From a bacterium (GTDB lineage: Bacteria; BMS3Abin14), in the NCBI GenBank assembly GCA_020350725.1, contig CP070719.1, forward strand, positions 1,579,404-1,643,403: a stretch of 64,000 bases of DNA. Reading direction: 5' to 3'. Under the pieces are notes generated by a model that did not search any database, was not told where the DNA came from, and saw only the letters and a program-made list of their open reading frames with translations. The position numbers and the translations under genes are program-made. The first letter of the stretch is position 1. Each line of letters starts with the position of its first letter. Shown piece after piece: positions 37,873 through 48,550 of the stretch.

Positions 37873-40464
37873 CTAGAACGCCATTGGAGTCATGATCTTT
37901 TCCTCATCCTTCTCGATGTTCTCACGGTAGTAGGACATGTACTCCTCGAGGGTGGGCACCTTGCCGGTGATGGCGCAGACCGTGGCTACCAGCGAGGAAC
38001 CCAGGTACACCTGGGCGCCCGTGCCCATGCGATTGTCGAAATTCCGGGTGCTTGTGGACAGGACGGTAGCCCCGGTGGCCACCTGGCCCTGGTTGCCCAT
38101 GCAAAGGGAGCAGCCCGGTACGTGGACGTTGGCGCCGGCGTGCATGAGGGTCTGGTGGACCCCTTCGTCGGCCAGTCTGGCGTTGCTCTCTCTGTCGGGG
38201 GGCACGGCCCAGAGGCGCATGTCCGGCGGCAGGAGTTTACCCGCGAGGACGGCAGCAGCCGCCCGGAAGTCGGTTATATCGGTCATGCACGATCCGACAA
38301 AGACCTCGTCGATGACCGTACCCGCGGCCTCGGAGAGGGTGACGATTTTGTCCGGATCGTTGGGCGCGGCCAGGAGGGGCTCCTGAACCGTCGCCAGGTC
38401 GATCTCGATAATGTCGGCGTATTCGGCGCCCTCATCACCGGTGAGGAATTCCGGTGCCTTCAGCCACTTCTCCATGAGGTTGATGATGACCTTGATCTGC
38501 TTGGAGGGGTTCCTCTTAATGAAGTTCTCCTTGAGGAACTTCAGGTTGTTCTCGACATATTCGACGATCCTGTCCGGATGGTGGGCGAAGGTTGAGGCGG
38601 CGGCGGATCGTTCCGCGGAGGTGTCGGTGAACTTGTAGGACTCCTCCACCGGCATTAAGTCCAGGCCCTCGATCTCAAGGATCCGATCGGCGAAGACGTT
38701 GATTTTGGCATCACCCTTCTCCAGGTTGAGTTTGCCCTGTTGAAGGGCCACCCACGGGATTGCGTTGACAAGGTCCCTGGCGGTGATGCCGGGCTGGATC
38801 TCACCCCTGAATCGAACCAGAACCGACTCGGGCATATCGAGGGGAAGGTATCCCTGGCTGGCCGCGAACGCCACGAGGTCGGACCCGGCGGGGAAACTGA
38901 TGCCTATGGGGAAGCGGGTGTGGCTGTCCCCTCCCGTCCCCACAAAGTAGGGGAGGAGGAACCGGTTGCCGTTGGTGTGGATGATCCCGTCCCCCGGCCT
39001 CAGGGCGATGCCGCCCAGTTGATTGACGAACCGGGTCAGGGTGGTCTGCATCTCGGCGTCCTTGCTCCTCGGCCCGGCGGCGGTGTGGCAGAAGGACTGG
39101 ATAAACACTGTGGCAAAGTGGGTACAGGCCAGTTCCTCCAGCTCCTGCCGGGTCATCTTGCCTGTCGTGTCCTGGCTGAAAACGAGGTGGGCCTGCGGCT
39201 CGACGTACATCCCGGGCAGTACCCCGGAAAGCCCCGCCGCCCTGCCGACGAGCTTCTGGGCCAGCGAATAGGGCTTACTCTCAGGCAGGTCCGGCCTGCC
39301 GGGCAGAGGTACCGCCGGTTTCCCGGCTTGGATCCGGTTCTTGGCGCACGCCTCGATGGCCCTTTCGGTGAGCTTCCTTCCGATGATCAGGAGGTTTCTT
39401 CCTCCCGCCCTCGCTTCCTCCATGATGGACGATGGTTCGACCTTGAATGTCACGTGGGTCCTCCCCGTCTTACTGTCGGTAATGGTTCCCGCGGAAAAGT
39501 CCACCTCCACCACCATCCCTTCCTGGAGGCCTCCGGCCTGACAGCGGACAGGGACCGCGCCGCAGCCCCTCAGTGTATTGAAGAAAATGGGGGCGATCTT
39601 GGAGGCGAAGACGAGGCCTCCCCGCCTCTTGTTGGGGGTCTGGGGGATGTCCCGGCCGATCCACCACACCAGGGAGTTGGATGCCGATTTGCGGCTGCTC
39701 CCGGTTCCCACCACGTCACCGGCAAACAGGATCGGCATGCCGGGTTGCGCCGATTTCAATCTCTCCAGACGGTCGAGAAAGTCCCGGTCATGGGGGCTCG
39801 TCGACAGCATTGACAGGGCATGGAGGGGGATGTCGTCCCTGGTACCGGCTTCCTGGGCGGGCGAGAAGAAATCTGTGTTGATCTCGCCGCTGGTCCGGGC
39901 CACCACACAGGTCAATTTATCTGGGACGGGGGGAAGGTTGGCAAACCACGACGCCTCCGCCCAGTTCCTGAGGATGTATGCGGCGTGCTGGTTGCCGGCT
40001 CCGCCCAGTTCGGCCACCTTGGACACCATCATCGGCGAGATGAGGATGGTGTTGGAAAGAGCCTCGGCGGCCAGAACAGGGATCTCCCCCTTCAGGGAAA
40101 GGGCATCGAAGAGAAAGGGGATGTTCGCGCCGCCGCCCATCTGACCTAGCATCCGGACAGCATCGGTGGAGGTCAGAAAGGGCGAGATCCTGTCTCCCTT
40201 GAGGAGATCCCCGAGAAATTCGGCTTTCACGTAGGAGGCGTCCGTGACACCGGGGGGGACTCTCTCCTGCAGCAGGTAGACAAGTGTCTCGGCCGTGTCC
40301 TTGTGGCCGGGCATGACGAAAATAAGATCGAGTACGTCTGACTGAAGCGCCTCACAGACGGAAAGGGTCTGATCCCTGTCCAGGGGAAGGGGAGGGATCC
40401 CCTTTTCCCTGCGCGTTTCAGCATCTTTCAGATAACTGGTGAAGAAGGATTCGAGACTGGACAT
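37873..40464 (-). CDS. acnB: aconitate hydratase B (bifunctional aconitase / 2-methylisocitrate dehydratase)
   Basis: 863 aa. N-terminal HEAT-like domain with RREKGIPPLPL...RVPPGVTDASYVKAEFL, closely paralleling E. coli AcnB (AERAAEGIAPKPL...RVPPGVDEAAYVKAGFL). Followed by a swivel domain and Fe-S cluster-binding domains. Confidence 0.9.
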   Translation of the reverse strand: MSSLESFFTSYLKDAETRREKGIPPLPLDRDQTLSVCEALQSDVLDLIFVMPGHKDTAETLVYLLQERVPPGVTDASYVKAEFLGDLLKGDRISPFLTSTDAVRMLGQMGGGANIPFLFDALSLKGEIPVLAAEALSNTILISPMMVSKVAELGGAGNQHAAYILRNWAEASWFANLPPVPDKLTCVVARTSGEINTDFFSPAQEAGTRDDIPLHALSMLSTSPHDRDFLDRLERLKSAQPGMPILFAGDVVGTGSSRKSASNSLVWWIGRDIPQTPNKRRGGLVFASKIAPIFFNTLRGCGAVPVRCQAGGLQEGMVVEVDFSAGTITDSKTGRTHVTFKVEPSSIMEEARAGGRNLLIIGRKLTERAIEACAKNRIQAGKPAVPLPGRPDLPESKPYSLAQKLVGRAAGLSGVLPGMYVEPQAHLVFSQDTTGKMTRQELEELACTHFATVFIQSFCHTAAGPRSKDAEMQTTLTRFVNQLGGIALRPGDGIIHTNGNRFLLPYFVGTGGDSHTRFPIGISFPAGSDLVAFAASQGYLPLDMPESVLVRFRGEIQPGITARDLVNAIPWVALQQGKLNLEKGDAKINVFADRILEIEGLDLMPVEESYKFTDTSAERSAAASTFAHHPDRIVEYVENNLKFLKENFIKRNPSKQIKVIINLMEKWLKAPEFLTGDEGAEYADIIEIDLATVQEPLLAAPNDPDKIVTLSEAAGTVIDEVFVGSCMTDITDFRAAAAVLAGKLLPPDMRLWAVPPDRESNARLADEGVHQTLMHAGANVHVPGCSLCMGNQGQVATGATVLSTSTRNFDNRMGTGAQVYLGSSLVATVCAITGKVPTLEEYMSYYRENIEKDEEKIMTPMAF

Positions 40465-40558
40465 GATAACCCCCTTATTGGACAGTGGTCGGTGAAAGGA
40501 TCAACTCTGGAATGATCGGGCTAAGTCGAAAAAAGTCTATTAAAGTCAAATTGTTAAC

Positions 40559-40593
40559 TGGAAACTGGAAACTGGAAACGAGAAACTGTGTCG
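40559..40593. repeat. heptamer array CTGGAAA x3 + CGAGAAA in the acnB upstream region
   Basis: ctggaaa ctggaaa ctggaaa cgagaaa ctgtgtc, read directly from sequence. Confidence 0.8.
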
Positions 40594-40786
40594 AAAACAT
40601 AGTATCCTCAGAGGCTTTCGATGCTGTATATTGTATACAATTTTTGGGGGATGTAAAGGGGAGGGTGAGAGCAGAGGACGGTCTTAAGGGATAATCGGTG
40701 CTCTCAATGACTCAGCCGGGGGAAATATATCCGTTCTGTTTCAGGGGAAAAGAGATCTGAGGTGGGATGGGAATGCTCCAATCGAT

Positions 40787-41866
40787 CTATTGCGAATACG
40801 GAATCCTGTCCTCTGCGTCCTTTGGCTGAACCAGGATCTCAATCTTGGCCCTGGAACGAAGTCCGTCCAGGAGTTCATTGATCATGGATTTGGATTTCAT
40901 GTGTCTCAGACGGGCTATGATCTGCCCCGTGACCTCCTCCAGAGGGCGAATGGCAGAGGGATCGACGCTCACCACCTTGAAGATGTGGTACCCCCGCCGG
41001 GATTTCACCGGCTGGCTGATGCCGCCGGGGGGAAGGGAGAAGATGACGCTGTCGATATGGGTCTGGAGATTGCCTCTGGTGATGACACCCATGTCACCGG
41101 AAGCAGAGGCCCCGGACGGGTCCTCGGAATATCTCCTTGCCAGAAGCATGAAGTCGGTCCCTTTGACGGCCGCTCCGTAGACCGTCTGGGCTTTATGGTG
41201 GGCTTCCTCTATTGCCGATGGATCACCCCAGGTCTTGACCCTGATAAGGATCTGCTTGATCCGGGCCGCCTCGGGCCTGCTGAAACGGTGGGGGTTCGCC
41301 CTGTAATACGCCTGGATCTCCACGTCCGTGATCACGATCTTCCGATAGACCTCCCGGTCCAGATATCCCTTGATCGTCAGGTTGCGAAAGATCTTTCTCT
41401 TGAGATCCTCCGGAGTCATTTCCACACATGCGAGGGCCGCGGCCATCCCTTCCGAGCCCCCCAGCCTCTCCAGTTCAGCGGCGTACCGGCGCTCAACTTC
41501 CTCCTCGATGCCCGGAAGGCGCAGCTTGAGCCCCTCCTGATAGAGGAGTTCAATGTCGATCAGGCGGTGAAGGGCCATCTCGCTGGGATCGGAGATCCGT
41601 CCTGCCGGCGGCCTCGGGTTTATCAGAGCCGCCTCCAGAGCGCAATCGAGGTCGGATCGATAGATGGGCATGCCGTTGACCTTCGCAACGGCCAGCTTGT
41701 CGTCGGCACGGGCCCCCTGAGAGCCGATGGTCGTGACTGCCAAAGCTGCCAGGAGCAAGACCGTGGTTGAGGCATGTGTTTTCCAAAGGGAGTTAACCAT
41801 GATCACGTCAGAGAGAATAGACCACCTCGTGGCTGCCTGGCGGTGGGTGCCCTTCGCGGAGCGCAC
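40787..41866 (-). CDS. periplasmic peptidyl-prolyl cis-trans isomerase, SurA/PpiD-like with parvulin domain
   Basis: Signal peptide (probable start at internal ATG 41800). SurA-N-like chaperone region. Parvulin (PpiC) domain near the C-terminus. Confidence 0.75.
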   Translation of the reverse strand: MRSAKGTHRQAATRWSILSDVIMVNSLWKTHASTTVLLLAALAVTTIGSQGARADDKLAVAKVNGMPIYRSDLDCALEAALINPRPPAGRISDPSEMALHRLIDIELLYQEGLKLRLPGIEEEVERRYAAELERLGGSEGMAAALACVEMTPEDLKRKIFRNLTIKGYLDREVYRKIVITDVEIQAYYRANPHRFSRPEAARIKQILIRVKTWGDPSAIEEAHHKAQTVYGAAVKGTDFMLLARRYSEDPSGASASGDMGVITRGNLQTHIDSVIFSLPPGGISQPVKSRRGYHIFKVVSVDPSAIRPLEEVTGQIIARLRHMKSKSMINELLDGLRSRAKIEILVQPKDAEDRIPYSQ

Positions 41867-41869
41867 CGA

Positions 41870-41901
41870 AAAAAAAAAGGGCGGCCCTTTCAGAACCGCC
41901 C
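41870..41901 (-). terminator. rho-independent terminator for the upstream PPIase gene (minus strand)
   Basis: On the minus strand: GGGCGG ttctgaaaggg CCGCCC followed by T9. Confidence 0.7.
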
Positions 41902-41965
41902 CTCCACTCGGTGATAAGTAAACCCTATATTTTGCTGATTGTCAATAATGATGACCTTGAGTGGC

Positions 41966-43045
41966 TCACTGGGTGGATCCCTGTCCCGGCTGGGGATCGG
42001 CCGGCCCGCCGGGGGATTCCGGCGTCAGGAAAACCTCTATCTCGGCTTTTTCCGAGAGCTCCTTGATCCTTTCGTTTACCGTCGAGTTGACCTTGTCCCT
42101 CTTCATTTCGACCATGAGATCTTCCTTGACCTCGTCGAAGGGGAGGGTCCTGGGATCCTTCCGGTCCGTGACCTTTATGACATGGTACCCGAACCGGGTT
42201 AACACGGGATCGCTTATCTCGCCGGTTTTCATTGCAAATGCGGCGTCTTCGAAGGGTTTCACCATCCGACCGCGGCCGAAATAGCCCAGGTCTCCACCCG
42301 ATGGGCCGCTGGGACCTTCGGAGTGTTCCATGGCCAGTGCCGCGAAATCAGCTCCCTCGGCCCTGGCCAGATCGGTGATCTCCGTGGCACGGGCCAGGGC
42401 CTTGTCCTTCTCTTCCTGATCTGCTTCGGAGGGGGCATTGATGAGGATATGGCTCGCCTTGACCTGTTCCTCCTCGGTGAACCTTTCCGGGTTCTGATTA
42501 AAATATTCCCTGGCTTCACCCTCTTCGATCGAGGTCTTCGCTACGATGGTTTCCTCCAGGAGCAGCTGAATACTCATCTGTTTCTTCATGCTGGCCTTGA
42601 GGGAATCTTCATCGAAGCCCCGTCTTTCCATCTCCTCATTGAACTCCTCCTTCGATGGATACTGTTCAGCCAGTTCGGAGAAGGACTCATCCACTTTATC
42701 CGGTTTGGCCTCGAACCCCTGCCTGACCGCTTCCTGGTAGAGAAGCTCACCGGCGATGAGCTGGTTCAGGACCTGGCTGCCTATCCTGTCCATGAGCGAC
42801 TGTTCGGGTGTTCCCAGGATGCCCATCCTTACGGCGGTGTTCTTTACCGCGGATTCGACTTCGGACATGGGGATGGACTGACCGTTTACAATGGCTGCCG
42901 CCGATCCTTTATCGGAGGGCGTGGCGGCCTGCACCGCCTCGGCCTTGCCCTCCTCCGCAGGCTTATCGCCTTTGGCGCAGGAGATCGGGGGCAGGACCAT
43001 AGTGGAAAAGAGGATCAGGAAGCAGACGGTTCGAATCGATTTCAT
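41966..43045 (-). CDS. parvulin-type peptidyl-prolyl isomerase lipoprotein (PrsA/SurA-like)
   Basis: Lipoprotein signal [23 protein letters not shown]. PpiC-type domain ASHILI...[21 protein letters not shown]...GYHVIKV. Confidence 0.8.
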   Translation of the reverse strand: MKSIRTVCFLILFSTMVLPPISCAKGDKPAEEGKAEAVQAATPSDKGSAAAIVNGQSIPMSEVESAVKNTAVRMGILGTPEQSLMDRIGSQVLNQLIAGELLYQEAVRQGFEAKPDKVDESFSELAEQYPSKEEFNEEMERRGFDEDSLKASMKKQMSIQLLLEETIVAKTSIEEGEAREYFNQNPERFTEEEQVKASHILINAPSEADQEEKDKALARATEITDLARAEGADFAALAMEHSEGPSGPSGGDLGYFGRGRMVKPFEDAAFAMKTGEISDPVLTRFGYHVIKVTDRKDPRTLPFDEVKEDLMVEMKRDKVNSTVNERIKELSEKAEIEVFLTPESPGGPADPQPGQGSTQ

Positions 43046-43129
43046 TATATTTTCCTTTTCTTCTGGAGTTCTCTTTCAGCGCGGGTGGCATCATAGAGTA
43101 TTTTGGGTGGAATGGGAAGGGGGGTGCAG

Positions 43130-43157
43130 GTGATCGGTGATCTGTGATCAGTGATCG
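43130..43157. repeat. heptamer array GTGATCG x4
   Basis: gtgatcg gtgatct gtgatca gtgatcg. Confidence 0.8.
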
Positions 43158-43194
43158 GAAGAGACGGTTGAAACACCCAGAGCGACCGTGGTCT

Positions 43195-44889
43195 TTACTG
43201 GTCATCAGTCACGGGCCACGGTTCACTGACCAAAAACATCTTTGCCTTGGCGATGGGGTAGCGTCGTCCCAACCCGAAGGCCTTCCAGGAGACCTTGAGT
43301 CCCGGTGCAGCCTGTTGCCTTTTGTATTCGTTCCCCTCGACCATGTTGAGGACCCGGGTGACAAGGTCGGGGGGAAATCCGTCAGCGACGATCTCACTGT
43401 GGGTTTTGTGGTCCTCGATGTAGGCCTTCAGAATGGGGTCCAGTGTTTCGTAGGGAGGCAGGAAATCGGAATCCTTCTGCCCCGGCCGAAGTTCGGCTGA
43501 GGGCTCTTTGGTCAGGACCCTCTCGGGGATCACCTTTCCCTGTCGATTCATGAATCTGGCCAGCTGGTAGACCTCTCCCTTGTAGAGATCACTGATGACG
43601 GCCAGTCCGCCGGACATATCCCCGTAAAGGGTGCAGTATCCCGTGGCCAGTTCCGATTTGTTTCCGGTGGAGAGGACGAGGTGTCCGAATCGATTGGAGA
43701 GAGCCATCAGGATGTTGCCGCGGATGCGGGCCTGGATGTTTTCCTCCGTGACATCCCCCGGCAGACCTTCCAGGCTTTCCTCGAGGTCCGAAAGATACTG
43801 CCGGTATATACTCATGATGGGAATGGTCTTCGTCTCGATCCCGAGGTTGGCGGCCAGATCGGCGGCGTCCGCCATGCTCTCATCGGATGTGAAATCCGAT
43901 GGCATCAGCACCCCAAGGACCCGATCTGAACCGATGGCCTCGGCAGCGATGACGGCAGTGATCGCCGAGTCGATGCCACCGGAAAGACCCAGCACAGCGG
44001 AGGGAAAACCGCATTTCCTGACGTAGTCCCTCAGGCCGAGGACAAGGGCGCTGTGTACCTGGGCGATGTTCTCGGCTCGTGGTCGGGCGATGAAATGCTC
44101 ATGGGGGCGGTCGATATCGACCACGAGCATCTGCTCGGTGTATCCTTCGGCCATTGCCACCGTCCGACCCTCTCGGTCGATGACGAAGCTTCCGCCGTCG
44201 AAGACAAGGGAGTCGTTGCCGCCGACGAGGTTGACGTAGACGACGGGTATTTTGAACCGGCGGGCGATGTTGGTCAGCATCTCATATCTCAGAGATGCCT
44301 TCCCCTGACTGAAGGGGGAGGCCGCGATGTTGATGAGGGGCATGGGATCGGCACCGAGCGTTTCCTCGACGGGATCGAAATGGTAGATCCGCCTTTTCCA
44401 GTAGGTTTTGTCGTTCCAGACATCCTCACAGATGGAAAGAGCCACCATGCCGCCCGAGATCTCCACCGTGGTCAGTCCGGCTCCCGGCTCGAAGTGACGG
44501 TTCTCATCGAAGACATCATAGGTGGGCAGGAGGATCTTCCTGTGCGTTGTGACGACCCTGCCTCCTCGGATGAGGACCGCCGCGTTGTAAAGGGGTTTCC
44601 CTTCGCTGGTGTCCTCGCGGGGCAGAACGGTGCCTATCAGCACGTCCAGGTCTATTTCCGCCGTCGCCGCGATCAACGCCTCGAGGGCCTTCCGGGCCAT
44701 GCCTATGAACTCCCTGTTCTCCAGGAGGTCCAGGGGTGGATAACCCACGAGGCAGAGTTCGGGAAATACAGCCAGTTCGGCTCCCGAATCCCTCGCTCTT
44801 CGCGCGCCGTCGAGGATCTTATCCACGTTTCCGGAAAAATCGCCGATTGTGGAGTTGATCTGGTGGAGGGAGATCTTCATTTGAGGCAA
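43195..44889 (-). CDS. nadE: glutamine-dependent NAD+ synthetase
   Basis: N-terminal carbon-nitrogen hydrolase domain (E-K-C triad context ...VFPELCLVGYP...). C-terminal NAD synthetase domain with SGGIDS PP-loop. 564 aa. Confidence 0.9.
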   Translation of the reverse strand: MPQMKISLHQINSTIGDFSGNVDKILDGARRARDSGAELAVFPELCLVGYPPLDLLENREFIGMARKALEALIAATAEIDLDVLIGTVLPREDTSEGKPLYNAAVLIRGGRVVTTHRKILLPTYDVFDENRHFEPGAGLTTVEISGGMVALSICEDVWNDKTYWKRRIYHFDPVEETLGADPMPLINIAASPFSQGKASLRYEMLTNIARRFKIPVVYVNLVGGNDSLVFDGGSFVIDREGRTVAMAEGYTEQMLVVDIDRPHEHFIARPRAENIAQVHSALVLGLRDYVRKCGFPSAVLGLSGGIDSAITAVIAAEAIGSDRVLGVLMPSDFTSDESMADAADLAANLGIETKTIPIMSIYRQYLSDLEESLEGLPGDVTEENIQARIRGNILMALSNRFGHLVLSTGNKSELATGYCTLYGDMSGGLAVISDLYKGEVYQLARFMNRQGKVIPERVLTKEPSAELRPGQKDSDFLPPYETLDPILKAYIEDHKTHSEIVADGFPPDLVTRVLNMVEGNEYKRQQAAPGLKVSWKAFGLGRRYPIAKAKMFLVSEPWPVTDDQ

Positions 44890-45321
44890 TCTTCGGGTAA
44901 TAACGGAGTGCTGTCAACAAGTTAAAGGTAGGGATTCGTCTTTAATCCCCGTCTCCCTTTGCGGCCTCCCGTCACCGGCATAGTGCCCAGCCGGACCTAT
45001 TTGTGTAAATTTTCTATTCAATGTGTAGAATTAGTATGTAAAAACTCTCCCGCGGTGTGCCGGGTGGGACCACAATATGTTATTTTTTAGACACTTATGG
45101 AGTATCCGATAAATGGCACGTTCTTTGAATCTTATGTGGTCGACAGAGGACAGTCGACCCTCCGATCGGGTTTTTCAAAGAGGTCCACCACCTTTTTCAG
45201 TAAAGGTCCACTGCCCCTCCTGAGACGGCCAAGAAAAAGAATTAACAATCGACCTCAAGAGGTGGGCGATGTCATCTTCGGGCGGGCCACGCTCGCTTCT
45301 GAGAGCAAACGGAGGCTGTAG

Positions 45322-45783
45322 GTGAAGAGAATCTATGCCAGGGAGGAAGTCTGCATCGGCTGCCGGCTGTGTGAGATCCACTGCCAGGTAGAACACTCCC
45401 GGACCAGGAATATTATAAAGACGTTCAAGGAAGAGGTTCCTCCTCCGCCCCGGATCAATGTCGAGGAGGAGGGGCCGGTATCCTTTGCCCTCCAATGCAG
45501 ACACTGTGACGAACCATACTGCGCCTATTCCTGCATCGCGGGCGCTATCTATCAGGATGAACAGACGGGAGAGGTTATCCAGGACATTGAAAAATGCATT
45601 GGTTGCTGGACCTGTGTCCTTACCTGCACCAAAGGGGCCATCAGGCCTGACCTCAGGGGTCCGCGAAAAGCGGCCAAGTGTGACCTGTGTCCGGACCGGG
45701 AAATCCCGGCCTGTGTGGAAATGTGTCCCAACGATGCGCTGTACATTGTGGAGGAAGAGATCAAGGAGACCGTACCCGGGTAA
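45322..45783 (+). CDS. polyferredoxin-like 4Fe-4S protein (4 cluster motifs), GltS-associated
   Basis: Four CxxCxxC(x)nCP-type motifs: CIGCRLCEIHC, CRHCDEPYCAYSC, CIGCWTCVLTC, CDLCPDREIPACVEMCP. Confidence 0.8.
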   Translation: MKRIYAREEVCIGCRLCEIHCQVEHSRTRNIIKTFKEEVPPPPRINVEEEGPVSFALQCRHCDEPYCAYSCIAGAIYQDEQTGEVIQDIEKCIGCWTCVLTCTKGAIRPDLRGPRKAAKCDLCPDREIPACVEMCPNDALYIVEEEIKETVPG

Positions 45784-45951
45784 CGGAGTGCGCGGTTGGG
45801 GTGGAGAGCCCAGGGCTCGCACAGGGGCGGAGATGAACATTGTCACCAAAGGTGCGCTTGAGTTAATTGAGGATTCATTTTCGATATTGGGTTCTGGGTA
45901 TTGGACTGAACTCCCGGAACCTGCAACAGAACCGAAATTGGGACGGAAGAC

Positions 45952-47274
45952 ATGGCGACAAAGAAGTTTGATTACCTGATCATCGGCAACAGTGCGGGCG
46001 GCATCGGCTGCGCCGAGGGGATCCGCAGGGTCGACACCAAGGGCACCATCGCCATGGTTTCCGATGAGCCCTATCACACCTATTCCCGACCCCTGATCAC
46101 CCACCTCCTGGAGGGGGACGTCGACAGGAAGGGTATGGACTTCAGACCGAGGGACTTCTACCGCAGACACGCCGTCGAGCCTTTGCTCGGTTTCAGGGCG
46201 GAGGACCTGAACACCGATGGAAGGTCGGTGAAGGTCATCGGGACCAATGGGAAGGCCGGAACGAGGCATAATCTCAGATACGGAAAACTGCTCGTCGCAA
46301 CCGGCGGCGCGCCGTTCATACCGGCCATGGATGGCCTGGGCCTGGGCGGCGTCACCCCGATGATCAACCTGGCTCAGAGTCTGGACGTCAAGAAACGGCT
46401 GGCCAGGGTCCGAAACGCAGTCGTTTTGGGAGCCGGTCTTATCGGCACCAAGACCGCTGAAGCCCTGTCCCAGGTCGTCAACCGAGTCACCATGGTTGAG
46501 CTCGCCGACCGAATCCTGGCTCCCGTCAGTGATATCAGGTCCTCGCGGATGGCAGCTGACGCGTTCCGCGGCAACGGTGTCGAGGTGATCCTCAACAACA
46601 CCGTTACCGGCATCCAGGGGGATGAAAAGGGACAGGTAACCGAAGTTGTTCTCAGGGACGGTTCCGTCCTCCCCTGTGACCTGTTCGTGGTCGCCATAGG
46701 CGTCCGGCCCCGCACCGATCTTCTGGAAGGCAGTGGTGTGGAACTGGCCTCGGCCAAAGTGGGCGGTGGTGTCGAGGTCGATCTGAATATGGAAACGAGC
46801 GTGGAGGGCATTTACGCCTGCGGGGACTGCGCCCATGCCCACGATTTCGTCACCGGAGGAATGAGGCTGCTGCCCCTTTGGCCCAACGCCTACATCGGGG
46901 GCCGTATCGCCGGATTAAATATGGCCGGGTCCCCACACCACCACAGATGGGCCACGAACATGAATTCCGTGGATTTCTTCGGGTTCCCGATGGTCTCTGC
47001 CGGGTTCATGCTCAAACCGGACAGGAAAGGCTTCGAGGAGATCGTCCGTGACGAGGGGCACTGGTACGCCAAGATCATCCTCCAGAACGACGTCATAAAA
47101 GGATTGATCATGGCGGGCAGGGTGGAACGGGCCGGCATCTATCTGGGACTGATGCGAGGCAGGACGAAGGTCACCGCTTTCAAGCGCGAACTGCTGACCG
47201 ACGCCTTCACCGCCGTTCACCTCCCCGACGAGGTGAAGGAGGAGATCAAAAAGCCGATCACCGTCATCGAGTGA
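45952..47274 (+). CDS. FAD/NAD(P)-binding pyridine nucleotide-disulfide-type oxidoreductase, probable electron-input subunit for the split glutamate synthase
   Basis: Two Rossmann GxGxxG motifs (IIGNSAGGIG and VLGAGLIGTK). NADH-oxidase/nitrite-reductase-like fold. 440 aa. Confidence 0.75.
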   Translation: MATKKFDYLIIGNSAGGIGCAEGIRRVDTKGTIAMVSDEPYHTYSRPLITHLLEGDVDRKGMDFRPRDFYRRHAVEPLLGFRAEDLNTDGRSVKVIGTNGKAGTRHNLRYGKLLVATGGAPFIPAMDGLGLGGVTPMINLAQSLDVKKRLARVRNAVVLGAGLIGTKTAEALSQVVNRVTMVELADRILAPVSDIRSSRMAADAFRGNGVEVILNNTVTGIQGDEKGQVTEVVLRDGSVLPCDLFVVAIGVRPRTDLLEGSGVELASAKVGGGVEVDLNMETSVEGIYACGDCAHAHDFVTGGMRLLPLWPNAYIGGRIAGLNMAGSPHHHRWATNMNSVDFFGFPMVSAGFMLKPDRKGFEEIVRDEGHWYAKIILQNDVIKGLIMAGRVERAGIYLGLMRGRTKVTAFKRELLTDAFTAVHLPDEVKEEIKKPITVIE

Positions 47275-47374
47275 CAATGATCGGCTGTGCGAAGCAAGGG
47301 GTACAAAGGACACAGGTAAACCCGCTTTGTACCCGGTACACAAAGGTAAAGGATAATTTCGAGGGATCAAGAGC

Positions 47375-48550
47375 ATGAAAGACCTGTCGAAAGTGAATAA
47401 TCCCTATAACGACGAGAAGGTCATCTCCCAGTGCTCCATCTTCGGGATGATGAGCACTGTAGGGGAGTTGTTCTCCGGCAAGGCCATCATTACGGCCGTG
47501 GCCAATATGCACGACCGCGGTAACGGCCTCGGGGGGGGGTTCGCCATCTACGGATGCTATCCTGACAGGTCTGAGGACTACTGCCTGCAGATCATGTTCA
47601 ACACCCGGGTTTCCAGGGAGGAAACGGAGGTCTACCTGAAGCGGTTTTTCCACATCAACCACGCTGAGGAGATCCCCACCTTTCCCACGAAGGCCATCAA
47701 GAATCCCCCCGATGTCTGGCGCTACTTCGTCCAGCCCAAACTCGAGGAGTTGCATGAGATCATCAGCGAGGACGACGTGGTCACGCGCAGGGTGTTCACG
47801 ATCAACACCACCCTGGAGGGAGCCTACGTCTTCTCCTCCGGAAAGAACATGGGTGTCTTCAAAGGGGTCGGATTCCCTGAGGAGATCGCCGAGTACTTCG
47901 GACTGGAACATTACCAGGGGTACATCTGGACCGCTCACGGTCGATTCCCGACCAACACTCAGGGATGGTGGGGTGGCGCTCACCCCTTTTCCCTGCTGGA
48001 CTGGACCGTGGTCCATAATGGTGAGATCAGTTCCTATGGGGCCAACCGCAGGTTCCTGGAGATGTACGACTACGTCTGTTCAATGCACACCGACACGGAG
48101 GTGGTGGCCTATGCAGTGGATCTTCTCGCCAGAAGACACGGCCTGCCCGTTGAGGTGGTGATGGATATTTTTTCTCCCCCGGTCTGGGAGCAGATCGACC
48201 GCATGGGGCCCGAGGAAAGGGTATATTTCGAGGCCCTGAGGAACACCTACGGCCCCCTTCTCCTCAACGGACCCTTTGCCATAATCGTCGCCCATCACGG
48301 CGAGATGGTGGCTCACACCGACCGCATCCGCCTGAGGCCCATGGTCGCCGGCATCAGGGGCGACATGGTCTACGCCTCCTCCGAGGAGTCGGCCATAAGG
48401 CTCGTGTCCCCCCAACTGGACAGGGTGTGGATCCCGGTGGGCGGACACCCGATTATCGCTCGGATCAAGGATACCCCGGGCCAGGAGGTGGTCAAGGGGG
48501 GCCGGGAACTGGATAAGGGCGAGAAGGCGGAGGAATTTCCGACATGCTGA
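47375..48550 (+). CDS. glutamate synthase glutamine amidotransferase-domain subunit (class II, Ntn)
   Basis: Nucleophile Cys right after the start region (QCSIFGMM). Class-II GATase fold as in archaeal-type GltS subunits. Confidence 0.8.
   Translation: MKDLSKVNNPYNDEKVISQCSIFGMMSTVGELFSGKAIITAVANMHDRGNGLGGGFAIYGCYPDRSEDYCLQIMFNTRVSREETEVYLKRFFHINHAEEIPTFPTKAIKNPPDVWRYFVQPKLEELHEIISEDDVVTRRVFTINTTLEGAYVFSSGKNMGVFKGVGFPEEIAEYFGLEHYQGYIWTAHGRFPTNTQGWWGGAHPFSLLDWTVVHNGEISSYGANRRFLEMYDYVCSMHTDTEVVAYAVDLLARRHGLPVEVVMDIFSPPVWEQIDRMGPEERVYFEALRNTYGPLLLNGPFAIIVAHHGEMVAHTDRIRLRPMVAGIRGDMVYASSEESAIRLVSPQLDRVWIPVGGHPIIARIKDTPGQEVVKGGRELDKGEKAEEFPTC

Noticed and set aside
45175-46842. 555-aa minus-strand ORF spanning the ferredoxin and FAD-oxidoreductase genes
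   Set aside because: Antisense to two well-supported Fe-S / Rossmann-fold genes. Low-complexity Gly/Asp/Pro-rich translation typical of GC artefacts.
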